A DNA stretch of 30,071 nucleotides from a virus. Under the pieces are notes generated by a model, which did not search any database, was not told the DNA's origin, and saw nothing but the letters and a program-made list of their open reading frames with translations. Position numbers and translations under genes: made by a program. Shown here in pieces: positions 12,638 through 21,785 of this stretch. The stretch's first letter is position 1. Each line of letters begins with the position of its first letter. The stretch lies in IMG/VR virus record IMGVR_UViG_3300007520_000004. One strand, given 5' to 3'.

Positions 12638-13891
12638 ATGGCATTAACAATAGAAGACCAACCGACGGCAGCTCTAGTAAGACCCACATTTGCACCAATA
12701 GAATTACTACTATCTACGGATACGGATATATCTCTTGTGTTAGGGTTTAAGATAGTATGCAAGGTGTACTTAGACCCAAACGGAACGGACACACTCATAA
12801 GCACTCAGCAGATATATTTAATTCCTAATACTACGCAAGCAGTGTTTAGCGTTCAGGATGTAATCAAAAGCTATGTGGCAGACTCTTACAGTGTAATCAA
12901 TGGAGATACGGTAGACGTTGCAGAAACGTCCTTAAGTGATTTCAGATTAACCTTTGAGGAATTTTACGACGGGGCTTTGCGAGGAGGTTCAGCAATATCT
13001 AATTTGTTTACTGCGTGGTACGCTTCTCCCTCTTACGTGGAGTTTGCTGCTAACGATTGGCACAACTGGCAGATGAAGGCTGGGGACATAGATAAAGAGT
13101 TCCTTAATGCTTACGGAAACCAAGCGTACAAGTTTACATCCTTCGACCTAAACGACCATTGGTTAAAATTAAAGCCTACACAGAAGTATCAGATACAATG
13201 GCTACAAGAATATACCGCAAGTGATGCAGGAATAGAAATACACTTAGACACCTTTGATAGTAATTTTACAAGCATAATATCCACGACCATAGCAGTAGGG
13301 GCTACTAATGTAGGACACTACTCTTTAGACGTTGGTCCTGCTGAATTAGCTGCTCATTCGTGGGCTGCTAGTGTAGTTATGACAAATGTAAGATACTACG
13401 TTTTGACCGTATTTGAAACCAACGACCCTGACCAAGAGATGAAGTCTATATTGTTTGAGGTAGATAGCTGCGATACAAACTACACACCGTATGAGCTGCA
13501 CTGGCTCAATCACAAAGGAGGGTACGATAGTATGACCTTCGACGGCAAATCAAAAGAGAGTACAAGCATAAACAAGTCGTTTGCAAAGTATGCAAATAGT
13601 AACGTAGTAGGCACATCGTTATCTTATAAAACAAGCAACCAACGTACTAGAGCGTTCCACACGGGTTTAAAAACCAACTACCAATTAAATAGCCGACTAT
13701 TAAAAGACTTCGAGATGCAAGGACTAGCAGACTTATATAGCAGCCCCAGTGTATATTGGAATAGTCCGAATGGCTTTGTCAGCGTCAATGCAGAAATGAC
13801 TACATTCAATAGAGCCAAATCAGAGGACGGTAAAGTCTTTAGCGTGGAGGTTACTATTAGCATAGACAATAGCGACGAGAGACAATGGTAA
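12638..13891 (+). CDS. Virion structural protein (putative distal tail / baseplate-type)
   Basis: 417-aa ORF heading the structural block and coupled to the 944-aa tail protein gene. No catalytic motif. Function inferred from context. Confidence 0.45.
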   Translation: MALTIEDQPTAALVRPTFAPIELLLSTDTDISLVLGFKIVCKVYLDPNGTDTLISTQQIYLIPNTTQAVFSVQDVIKSYVADSYSVINGDTVDVAETSLSDFRLTFEEFYDGALRGGSAISNLFTAWYASPSYVEFAANDWHNWQMKAGDIDKEFLNAYGNQAYKFTSFDLNDHWLKLKPTQKYQIQWLQEYTASDAGIEIHLDTFDSNFTSIISTTIAVGATNVGHYSLDVGPAELAAHSWAASVVMTNVRYYVLTVFETNDPDQEMKSILFEVDSCDTNYTPYELHWLNHKGGYDSMTFDGKSKESTSINKSFAKYANSNVVGTSLSYKTSNQRTRAFHTGLKTNYQLNSRLLKDFEMQGLADLYSSPSVYWNSPNGFVSVNAEMTTFNRAKSEDGKVFSVEVTISIDNSDERQW

Positions 13892-16719
13892 TTGAGCACA
13901 TAATAGCTGGGTATTCAATCCCACACAATGAAGGGGCAATTCCTTTAACCAAAGAAAGCTATGATATTAGAGAGCCGCAAAAGAGGTTGAGCGATTACTC
14001 GAAGACTATTACCATACCTGAAAACAATGTAGTAAATCAAATATTTGAACACGCTTTTGATGTCAATATACTATTCCAGACCTTTGACCCTAATATTAAA
14101 ACAAGCTACCAAGTAGTCCAAGATGGGGTTACTCTAATTAATGGCTTTTGCAGGCTTGTTGACATAGTAAACGTAGACGGTAAGATTGAATACAAGATAC
14201 AAGCGACGGGCAAGATAGGCAGCGTATTCGAGAGCATCAAAGATTTATACCTTACGGATATAGACTTCAGCGATTTGAACCACGTATGGAATGAAGCCAA
14301 TATAGTAGCTGCTTGGAGTCCAACGATAGGCACGGGATATACTTACCCAATGATTGACTACGGAGGGCGTACAAGCTATTCAGCGTGGACGGTAGAAGAC
14401 TTTAAGCCTGCCATATTCGTGAAGGAGTATATGACTAGGATATTCTCAGAGCAAGGGTATACAATTAGTAGTGCCTTTTTTAATACCACCTTATTCAAGT
14501 CTCTGATAGTTCCTTATGCGGCAGACCAAATACCTTTGGATAACGACGGATTAAAGGCAAAGCAGTTCTATGTAACAAGAGAAACTACTGACCAAACCGT
14601 AGGGATAGATGGTATTCTTATATTTAACGACGACATCGCACCCAACTACAACACTGCTTTAAACGAGTACGATATAACAACTGGGATATTCACGGCTCAA
14701 GAGGTAAATATATACGCTTGGCAAGGTGTGTTAGATGTTACATTTACATATACAGAAACAAACACTAATATTACATCAATCATAAACCAAATAGCCAATT
14801 TTCCAAATGGAAGAATGGAGACTGGGTTTTTCATTCAGAAACACGGAGGGGCTACAGTAGATAGCTTTACTGTAGATATAGGTCAATTGATAAGAGACAC
14901 TCCATTAGTTAACGGCAGCACTTACACAATTGAAGCTCCTTTCTCGCTTAGTGATTTTACTACTGTAATAAGCAGCGAATATGCTCTAAGGTGGTTTGAT
15001 AGCTTTACTATATCTGGTTCAAATGGGGGAGGATATTATCAATATTCTTATACAGACTTTTCTGTAAAATTAAACAGAGATAGCATACTTACTCAGAAGA
15101 TAAAAGACACATACTATGCCGAAGGGGATACGATTGTAATGACATCTTTATTACCTAAAGAGGTGAAACAATCTGACTTCGTAGGCTCTATCATTAAGCG
15201 TTTTAATCTGTATTTGGATTACGATGCCATAGATGAAAACTTAATATACATAGAGCCAAGAGACGACTACTACACTGATGTACAAGTAGAGGTGTCTAGC
15301 AAGGTAGACAGGAGTAAGGAAATTGTAATATCTCCTATTGGAGCACTCGATGCAAGTACATATCTATTTGAAGATAAAGAAGATAAGGACGTAAAAAACA
15401 AAAGCTACCAAGATACTACAGAGGAAGTGTACGGCAGATATAAGGTAGATATAGATAATGACTTTATAAAAAACGAAAGTAAGATTACTACTATATTTTC
15501 ACCTACTCCATTGATTAGTGTAGACGGGCAAAACGATAGAGTAATATCTGCTATTCAATTTGAAGACGACAACCAAAAGAAAACGGATGCTAAGGGAAAT
15601 ATTAGGCTCTTATATTGGGGTGGCTTAAAAGCAACCTCTCCCGATTGGACTATTAACGGGACGATAAAAACAACTTACCCATACGCTGGGCACTTAGATA
15701 ATCCCTACGCACCTACGTTCGATTTGAACTGGGGCGTGCCTAAGAAGATATTTTACGACTTCACTTATGGCGGTAATGATATAGTAATCTATCCAAACGC
15801 TAATTGCTATAATACCTTTTGGCGTAATTACATAGAGGAGATTACAAGCAAGGATTCAAAGCTATTGACTTGCTATGTTGCATTGAGACCAGTTGACTAT
15901 GCAGACTACAATTTCAGACAGTCCTACTACATAGACGGGGAGTATTGGAGATTGGTGAAGATAGTAGACTACGACCCTAATAGCTCAAGTACTACCAAGT
16001 GTATATTCTTAAAACAACATTCATTTACTGCATTCGCAGGCACGACTGTGGAAGTTCTAGGCGGTGAGGGTACATATACAGAAACAAATGAGCCTATACC
16101 TAGATTTAATGTAACCAATAGACCAAACGGAAGCGGTGGAAGGCAGGTGGATGTAATAACATTCGGGGACAATGTAGTAAGTGGGTGGCGGTCTATTATA
16201 GTAAGCGACAATATAACGGGAATAAGCACCAATAAAAACCTATTAGTGGTTGGTAGCGACGGCTCTGACATACAAGCGAACAATACAACGCTACTTAACT
16301 CGCCAAATATGGAGGTAATAAGAGACAACGAGATATACTTAAACGGTCTATTTGCTGAAAGTAGGGTGGATATACAACTAGATGAGACATTATTAGAAAA
16401 TCTTAGTGCAGGATTTGAGATACTCCCAGCACTAAGAAGCAATGAAGCTTATGAAATACTGAGGGGATATGTTAGAATGAACGGAGTAAAGCCAACGATA
16501 GGTAACAAGGTTAGCTTTAAAAGCTCAGGACTAGTCACAGAGGTAGCGAGTGTTGCAGATTCTTTCTTTGACACTGACGACAACACGGGATTTGTAACTA
16601 TACCCACGCTTACAAGCCTACTATTTGCAGAAGCAATAAACATATCAGCGGCTGACTTCGAGAGTCCAGCAGCTACTACGGTACAAATACAATTAGTTTA
16701 CAGAATAATTAGAATATAA
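13885..16719 (+). CDS. Large tail protein (putative tail-tip / host-recognition protein)
   Basis: 944 aa, Asn/Thr/Tyr-rich and beta-rich in composition. Lies between structural genes. Function inferred from size and context. Confidence 0.5.
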   Translation: MVIEHIIAGYSIPHNEGAIPLTKESYDIREPQKRLSDYSKTITIPENNVVNQIFEHAFDVNILFQTFDPNIKTSYQVVQDGVTLINGFCRLVDIVNVDGKIEYKIQATGKIGSVFESIKDLYLTDIDFSDLNHVWNEANIVAAWSPTIGTGYTYPMIDYGGRTSYSAWTVEDFKPAIFVKEYMTRIFSEQGYTISSAFFNTTLFKSLIVPYAADQIPLDNDGLKAKQFYVTRETTDQTVGIDGILIFNDDIAPNYNTALNEYDITTGIFTAQEVNIYAWQGVLDVTFTYTETNTNITSIINQIANFPNGRMETGFFIQKHGGATVDSFTVDIGQLIRDTPLVNGSTYTIEAPFSLSDFTTVISSEYALRWFDSFTISGSNGGGYYQYSYTDFSVKLNRDSILTQKIKDTYYAEGDTIVMTSLLPKEVKQSDFVGSIIKRFNLYLDYDAIDENLIYIEPRDDYYTDVQVEVSSKVDRSKEIVISPIGALDASTYLFEDKEDKDVKNKSYQDTTEEVYGRYKVDIDNDFIKNESKITTIFSPTPLISVDGQNDRVISAIQFEDDNQKKTDAKGNIRLLYWGGLKATSPDWTINGTIKTTYPYAGHLDNPYAPTFDLNWGVPKKIFYDFTYGGNDIVIYPNANCYNTFWRNYIEEITSKDSKLLTCYVALRPVDYADYNFRQSYYIDGEYWRLVKIVDYDPNSSSTTKCIFLKQHSFTAFAGTTVEVLGGEGTYTETNEPIPRFNVTNRPNGSGGRQVDVITFGDNVVSGWRSIIVSDNITGISTNKNLLVVGSDGSDIQANNTTLLNSPNMEVIRDNEIYLNGLFAESRVDIQLDETLLENLSAGFEILPALRSNEAYEILRGYVRMNGVKPTIGNKVSFKSSGLVTEVASVADSFFDTDDNTGFVTIPTLTSLLFAEAINISAADFESPAATTVQIQLVYRIIRI

Positions 16720-16721
16720 AA

Positions 16722-18707
16722 ATGTCAGCCAAGAAAATAGCATTAGAACTTCTACTGAAAATAAACAGTAGCGACTTAACCTTAGAAGAATTAAACGACC
16801 AACTTTCGCTCGCCAAGAAGCAGATGGCAGAAATAGGAGACGACGGCAGCGAGGAGTTTGCCGCATTAGGTCAAGTAGTGGCAGACGCTGAGAAGTCAGT
16901 AGAGGACTTTAACGGAGAGCTAACCAAATCAAAAGAAGGCTTTGAGAACACGGGTAGGGCTCAAGAGAAAGCAGCGGAAGGTAGTAATACATTCAAGGGT
17001 GCGATTAAGGGCGTAGGGCTTGCATTTAAAGCAATGGGCATCGGGCTTATTGTTGCTGGGCTTAAGTTCTTCTTTGATGCTCTGAGTAGTAATCAGAAAG
17101 TAATGGACGTATTTAATACGGTTACTGAAGCGATTAGCATTGTAATGAGTAAGCTGGTCACTACTATTATAGATGTAGTTTCTAGTGTGTCTGAGTCCTC
17201 TAATGGATTCGAAGGGTTAAAGAATACGGTAGTAGGTCTGCTTACTTTAGCTATAACCCCTTTAAAACTTGCTTTCTATGCGATTAAATTAGGTCTGCAA
17301 AGTGCTGCCTTAGCTTGGGAAAAATCATTCTTTGGCGGAAACGATGCTAAGAAGATAGCTGAGTTATCATTAGGGATTAAAGAGACTGCGACTGCAATCA
17401 AAGAGACGGGAGAGGAAGCTATCCAAGCTGGTATATCAGTAGCTACTAATATAGGCAAAGCCGCCAGCGAGATAGGCTCAGTAGTTTCTAAAGCGTCTAA
17501 GGCGATATCTGAGATAAGCATCAAGGGAGCTATTGAACAAGCTAAGACTAATGTAGCACTTACTAAATCTGCAGAAATAGCAGCGGCTCAGCAAGGTTTG
17601 TTAGTAGAGCAATATGATAGACTAGCTGAGAAACAGAGACAAATAAGAGACGACGAGCGTAATAGTATAGCCGACAGAATGAAGGCGAACGTACAACTAG
17701 GCGTTGAATTGGAAAAGCAAGAGAAGGCGATGCTCGCTCAGGCTAGCTTGCAAGTAGAAGCAGCAGAAGCACAAGTAAACAAGAATAGTAATACAGAAAC
17801 AGAAACCGCACTAATAGAAGCACTAGCAAATAAGGCTGGAGTACTTGCACAAATAGAGGGTTTTAGGTCAGAGCAGAAAGCAAATGAGCTAGGGTTAAAC
17901 AGAGAGCTACTACAAATGAATGCGGCTTTAGGTCAAAGCGAAGCTGATTTGGCGTACGCACGGGCTAAGTTCGACGCTGAAATGATAGAGGATAAAGTCA
18001 AATCCTTACAAGCCCTTAAAGAACTAGAGGACATTAGGATGCAAGAGGAAATGTTAAGACTTGAAGGAATAGTAGAGCTTGCTAACGCTGGAACTCAAGC
18101 AGAAATAGACGCTCTTATAGCCTTAGACGTATTTAGAGAAGAAAGTAGACAAGCCAATATAAATGCAGACAAAGCATTAAACGCTGAGATAGCAGCTACA
18201 AGTGAGAAAACTAAAGACACAGAGATTAAGAACGCTGAAGATGTTAAGGCTGCTAAGGTTGCAAACGCTCAGTCTGCTGTAGCAGCACTAAACGGATTGG
18301 CAGACATATTAGCACAAGGTAATGAGAAGCAACAAAAGAAAGCGTTTCAGATTAATAAGATTGCTAGTATAGGTAATGCAATAATCAACACTGCAACGGG
18401 TGTGACTAAGGCGTTCGCTGAAGGTGGTGTTGCTGGATTTGCAACGGGTGCAGCGGTAATCGCAGCAGGTGTAGCTCAAATAGCTACTATCTCAAAAACT
18501 CAATACAAAGGGGGCGGAACAGTAGACAATGTGCCAGATGCTCCTAACTTAGGAGGAGGAGATGTAGGAACACAACCTCGAGGTTTTACAAGCCCAACTA
18601 CCAACATAAGCCAGCCGCCTACTAAGGTAATAGTAACGGAGACAGACATAAGAAACGTCACTAGAAATGTGGACGGTGTATATAGTAGAGCAATAGTAGT
18701 TCAATAG
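16722..18707 (+). CDS. Tape-measure-like protein (alternatively an internal virion protein)
   Basis: 661 aa. Hydrophobic segments (GVGLAFKAMGIGLIVAGLKFFFDAL; VVGLLTLAITPLKLAFYAIKLGL), a long Ala/Glu/Lys/Gln-rich coiled-coil centre, and a Gly-rich C-terminus. Confidence 0.5.
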   Translation: MSAKKIALELLLKINSSDLTLEELNDQLSLAKKQMAEIGDDGSEEFAALGQVVADAEKSVEDFNGELTKSKEGFENTGRAQEKAAEGSNTFKGAIKGVGLAFKAMGIGLIVAGLKFFFDALSSNQKVMDVFNTVTEAISIVMSKLVTTIIDVVSSVSESSNGFEGLKNTVVGLLTLAITPLKLAFYAIKLGLQSAALAWEKSFFGGNDAKKIAELSLGIKETATAIKETGEEAIQAGISVATNIGKAASEIGSVVSKASKAISEISIKGAIEQAKTNVALTKSAEIAAAQQGLLVEQYDRLAEKQRQIRDDERNSIADRMKANVQLGVELEKQEKAMLAQASLQVEAAEAQVNKNSNTETETALIEALANKAGVLAQIEGFRSEQKANELGLNRELLQMNAALGQSEADLAYARAKFDAEMIEDKVKSLQALKELEDIRMQEEMLRLEGIVELANAGTQAEIDALIALDVFREESRQANINADKALNAEIAATSEKTKDTEIKNAEDVKAAKVANAQSAVAALNGLADILAQGNEKQQKKAFQINKIASIGNAIINTATGVTKAFAEGGVAGFATGAAVIAAGVAQIATISKTQYKGGGTVDNVPDAPNLGGGDVGTQPRGFTSPTTNISQPPTKVIVTETDIRNVTRNVDGVYSRAIVVQ

Positions 18708-18734
18708 CCCAATTGCCCCTTTTATCTATTTTTG

Positions 18735-18747
18735 GTATATATAAGTA
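18735..18747 (+). promoter_or_regulatory. GTATATATAAGTA motif abutting the GTG start of 18748
   Basis: Second copy of the motif found at 12624..12637. Confidence 0.4.
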
Positions 18748-19884
18748 GTGGACTTGCCTTTAATTGAATTCAAACTTAGCGATGATGTCGAAGGACTGCA
18801 AGCTATTGCTTTCGTAGATACTCCAGCCATTGGCTTGAACTACCAAGCGTTTGCAAATCAAAAGTTTGAAATTATCAACGAGGACAAGAGAATAGTAATG
18901 GGTGCAGCAATGATACCCGACTTACCTATTTATCGTAGAGACGAACGTGGTGAGTACTATGCAATCTTTAAAAAGGACACTATCAAAGCACTCGTGCAAA
19001 AGCTATTTAAGGAGAATAAGCATAATAACTTTAACGAGCAACACAACGCATTTAAGATACTTGATGGCGTTTATATCTACCAATCATTCATAACAGATGC
19101 AGAACTAGGCATATCAGCCCCAACGGGCTTTGAGAACGTAGCAGACGGCACGTGGTTCATAGCCGCAAAAGTAGAGAATGATGAAGCGTGGGAGAAGGTC
19201 AAGAAAGACGGTATATTAAAGGGCTTTAGTGTTGAGGGTGTGTTTGACTTAGAGCCGTATAAATTTAAAAAAATGAATAAAATAAACTTAGAAAACGTAA
19301 TCAATACGTTGAAATCTGTGTTCGCAGATACTGAGGATGTAGTAGTCGAAGAAACTTTCGGTGAAGCTACCTTAGTAGACGGGACAATCGTAAAATGGGA
19401 AGGCGAGCTTGTAGAAGGTGCTGCCCTTATAGTAGTACTACCTGAGGGTGAAGTAGCGGCTCCCGATGGGATACACGAACTAGAAGACGGTACTATACTA
19501 GAGACTGCTGGCGGTCTTGTAGTAAGTATCCAAGCAATAGGCGAGGAGGTTATAGTAGAAGATAACGAGTTCACTACTGAAATGCTAGATACTTTAATCG
19601 AGAAGGCTATGGCTAAGTATGCAGAAGCGTTTACTGCTTCTTTGGATTTAGTACGTTCAGAGAATGAGGGTCTGAAATTAGAATTAGCTTCTATTTCTGC
19701 CGCTAAGGACGAAATGAAAAAGGAGTTTACTGCCACTCTAAACAAGGTGGGTGTAGAGTTGGAGGAGATTGCTAAGACAGAAGTGTCTACCGCGTCTAAG
19801 CCGCAAGAGTTTAAAGCAACCACAAGAGCTGAAAAGGCTGCTAGAATGGGAGCAATTATTAGAGCAAATAAAATAAATAAATAA
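18748..19884 (+). CDS. Prohead protease (XkdF-like) fused to a scaffold-like coiled-coil C-terminus
   Basis: N-terminal half: AIAFVDTPAIG, IVMGAAMIPDLPIYRRDE.GEYY, FNEQHN, WFIAAKVENDEAWEKVKKDGILKGFSVEG (XkdF-type pattern). Acidic/helical C-terminal half. Immediately upstream of the capsid gene. GTG start. Confidence 0.55.
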   Translation: MDLPLIEFKLSDDVEGLQAIAFVDTPAIGLNYQAFANQKFEIINEDKRIVMGAAMIPDLPIYRRDERGEYYAIFKKDTIKALVQKLFKENKHNNFNEQHNAFKILDGVYIYQSFITDAELGISAPTGFENVADGTWFIAAKVENDEAWEKVKKDGILKGFSVEGVFDLEPYKFKKMNKINLENVINTLKSVFADTEDVVVEETFGEATLVDGTIVKWEGELVEGAALIVVLPEGEVAAPDGIHELEDGTILETAGGLVVSIQAIGEEVIVEDNEFTTEMLDTLIEKAMAKYAEAFTASLDLVRSENEGLKLELASISAAKDEMKKEFTATLNKVGVELEEIAKTEVSTASKPQEFKATTRAEKAARMGAIIRANKINK

Positions 19885-19892
19885 CAAAAAAA

Positions 19893-20840
19893 ATGAGTTT
19901 TGATGTATCAGGATTAACGGACTACGTTAACCAAAACAGCACCGACCTTATCTCAAGATTATATTTTGAGAAAACGTCAAGCGACTACTTTACCCTACAG
20001 TCAGGCGTGAAGAAAACAGATGCCTTGCATCTATTATCAGTAACTGCCTTCCCACAAGACGGTAGCGGTTGCTCTCCATCTGCTTCGGGAGATGTGAATT
20101 TCACGGATAGAGATATTACAGTAGGTCAAATCACTTACTTTAGTGGTTTCTGTATGAAGGATTTAATCCCTAAGTATACTCAAATGCTTTTAGCTGCTGG
20201 TAATGCAGAGACTGAGTCTGTGAGTTTTGAGGCTGAAATAGCTAATAACATACTCTCTACTATAATGGAGCAGAACGAGACTGCTGACTGGCAAGGGGAT
20301 ACTGCAAGTGAAAACGTATATATCAATAGATACGACGGTCTTATAAAGACGATTGATGCTGCAGCTACTGCCGTAGATGGCAATACTGCTGGAGTAACTG
20401 TTGCCACTGGTATAACTTCGGGAGCTTCGGGAAATGTTGACACTATCATAAAGGATGCAGTGAACGCAAGACCAGCTAAACTAAAGAACGCTGCAAACCA
20501 AGTTCTTTTTGTAGGTCAAGACGTGTTCGACAAGTATGTAGATACTTTGAATGCAAAAAACTTATTCCACGTAAACGAGACTGAGTGGGCTGATTACGTT
20601 ACTAAGGTAGTAGGTAAGAATGTTAAACTTGTTGGAGTTGTTGGACTTGACGGCACAGACAGAATGTTCTTAGGAACTCAAGAGAATTTCTTCTTAGGTT
20701 TTGACTTACAAAACGACGAAGAGGAGTTTGATATGTGGTACGAGAAGAAAGACGACAAGGTTTACTACAGAGTTAAATTCAAGAGAGGTTTGCAAGTTGC
20801 TTACCCTACTGAAATTGTTGAATTTACATTAGTACCTTAA
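19893..20840 (+). CDS. Major capsid protein (HK97-fold expected)
   Basis: 315 aa, directly after the protease/scaffold gene. Belongs to a two-gene unit closed by the strongest terminator in the genome. Confidence 0.6.
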   Translation: MSFDVSGLTDYVNQNSTDLISRLYFEKTSSDYFTLQSGVKKTDALHLLSVTAFPQDGSGCSPSASGDVNFTDRDITVGQITYFSGFCMKDLIPKYTQMLLAAGNAETESVSFEAEIANNILSTIMEQNETADWQGDTASENVYINRYDGLIKTIDAAATAVDGNTAGVTVATGITSGASGNVDTIIKDAVNARPAKLKNAANQVLFVGQDVFDKYVDTLNAKNLFHVNETEWADYVTKVVGKNVKLVGVVGLDGTDRMFLGTQENFFLGFDLQNDEEEFDMWYEKKDDKVYYRVKFKRGLQVAYPTEIVEFTLVP

Positions 20841-20843
20841 TCT

Positions 20844-21368
20844 ATGGCGTGTGATTTAACAACTGGCTTTACAGTAGGATGCAACGACTCTACGGGTGGT
20901 ATTGCTGAGTTTTGGTTTTCAAATATGCCAACCGACTTTGCAGTAGCTAAAAACGCAACGGGAGAAGCATCTGCAATCACATCAGCATCATCGGGTCTTG
21001 CTTATTTTAAGTACGAGACTACAAATGCTCAGGGGGCGACTTCAGTAATGAACGACAATCCTACTGTAAATGACCAAAACGGAACAAGCTACTTTGACCA
21101 AACCGCAACGTATGTCCTCAATAAGATGGATACTACGAAACGCAACGAGGTTAAGATGTTAGCAAGAGCCAAGCTATCAGTTATCATCAAAGATAACAAC
21201 GGGTTGTATTGGTTAATGGGAGAAGTGAATGGCGTAAGAATGACCGCTGGAGACACGGGAACAGGAACGGCATTGGGAGATAGAAATGGGTATTCCCTTT
21301 CTTTTCAAGGGCAAGAGCCTGAGCCGATGACTCAGGTAACTTCTGAATCTGCTTTTCCATTAGGTTAA
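20844..21368 (+). CDS. Putative major tail (tube) protein
   Basis: 174 aa. LSVIIKDNNGLYWLMGEVNGVRMT..GDRNGYSLSFQGQEPEP resembles siphovirus tail-tube patterns. Co-expressed with the capsid gene before the terminator. Tentative. Confidence 0.4.
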   Translation: MACDLTTGFTVGCNDSTGGIAEFWFSNMPTDFAVAKNATGEASAITSASSGLAYFKYETTNAQGATSVMNDNPTVNDQNGTSYFDQTATYVLNKMDTTKRNEVKMLARAKLSVIIKDNNGLYWLMGEVNGVRMTAGDTGTGTALGDRNGYSLSFQGQEPEPMTQVTSESAFPLG

Positions 21369-21386
21369 TATCCTAATATAAACACC

Positions 21387-21419
21387 AAGCCCACTGCTTA
21401 ACGTGGTGGGCTTTTTTTT
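21387..21419 (+). terminator. Rho-independent terminator
   Basis: AAGCCCAC-tgcttaacgtg-GTGGGCTT followed by a T run (T8 in total). Confidence 0.8.
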
Positions 21420-21422
21420 AAA

Positions 21423-21785
21423 ATGGACATAATAACAAAAAATACAACTAACTATATTTATTGCAATATCTCAAACGAGGTTGTCAATGATTACTACACT
21501 ATGACCATTACAAGTGCTGAGTACACGGTTAACGTGACGTTAGCAGCACCTTTAAGCGTTAATGGTAGGTACGTGTCATTTACACTAATAGAGGGCGTAC
21601 AAGACCTTACAAACGCTACAATAGCTCTACCGAACAACGGGGACTATCCTTACGAGATTATAAACGCTACAACATTAAGCGGAACTACTGGAGTAGTAAT
21701 ACAAAGGGGCATATTAAGACTAAAACAAGCAGCAGAGGTGGTATATTCTTACACGGACGAGCAGACTACATTTATATATGAGTAA
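21423..21785 (+). CDS. Hypothetical virion-module protein (120 aa)
   Basis: The ORF starts 3 nt after the terminator T run and overlaps the portal start by 8 nt. Confidence 0.5.
   Translation: MDIITKNTTNYIYCNISNEVVNDYYTMTITSAEYTVNVTLAAPLSVNGRYVSFTLIEGVQDLTNATIALPNNGDYPYEIINATTLSGTTGVVIQRGILRLKQAAEVVYSYTDEQTTFIYE

Noticed and set aside
12553-12804. 83-aa minus-strand ORF across the terminator and the start of 12638..13891
   Set aside because: It spans an intrinsic terminator and the motif/start of a structural gene on the other strand, so it is implausible as a gene.
15969-16442. 157-aa minus-strand ORF inside the 944-aa tail protein gene. Similar shadows lie at 14106..14333, 16449..16643, 17276..17524, 20180..20449, 22425..22781, 22794..23015 and 23196..23534.
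   Set aside because: All are antisense to long, well-supported plus-strand genes. They have low-complexity composition and no coupling to neighbours.
19077-19823. 248-aa minus-strand ORF antisense to the protease/scaffold gene
   Set aside because: Extremely Ser/Thr/Ala-rich with no motif. It is antisense to a GAA/GCT-rich coding region in an otherwise all-plus-strand structural block.
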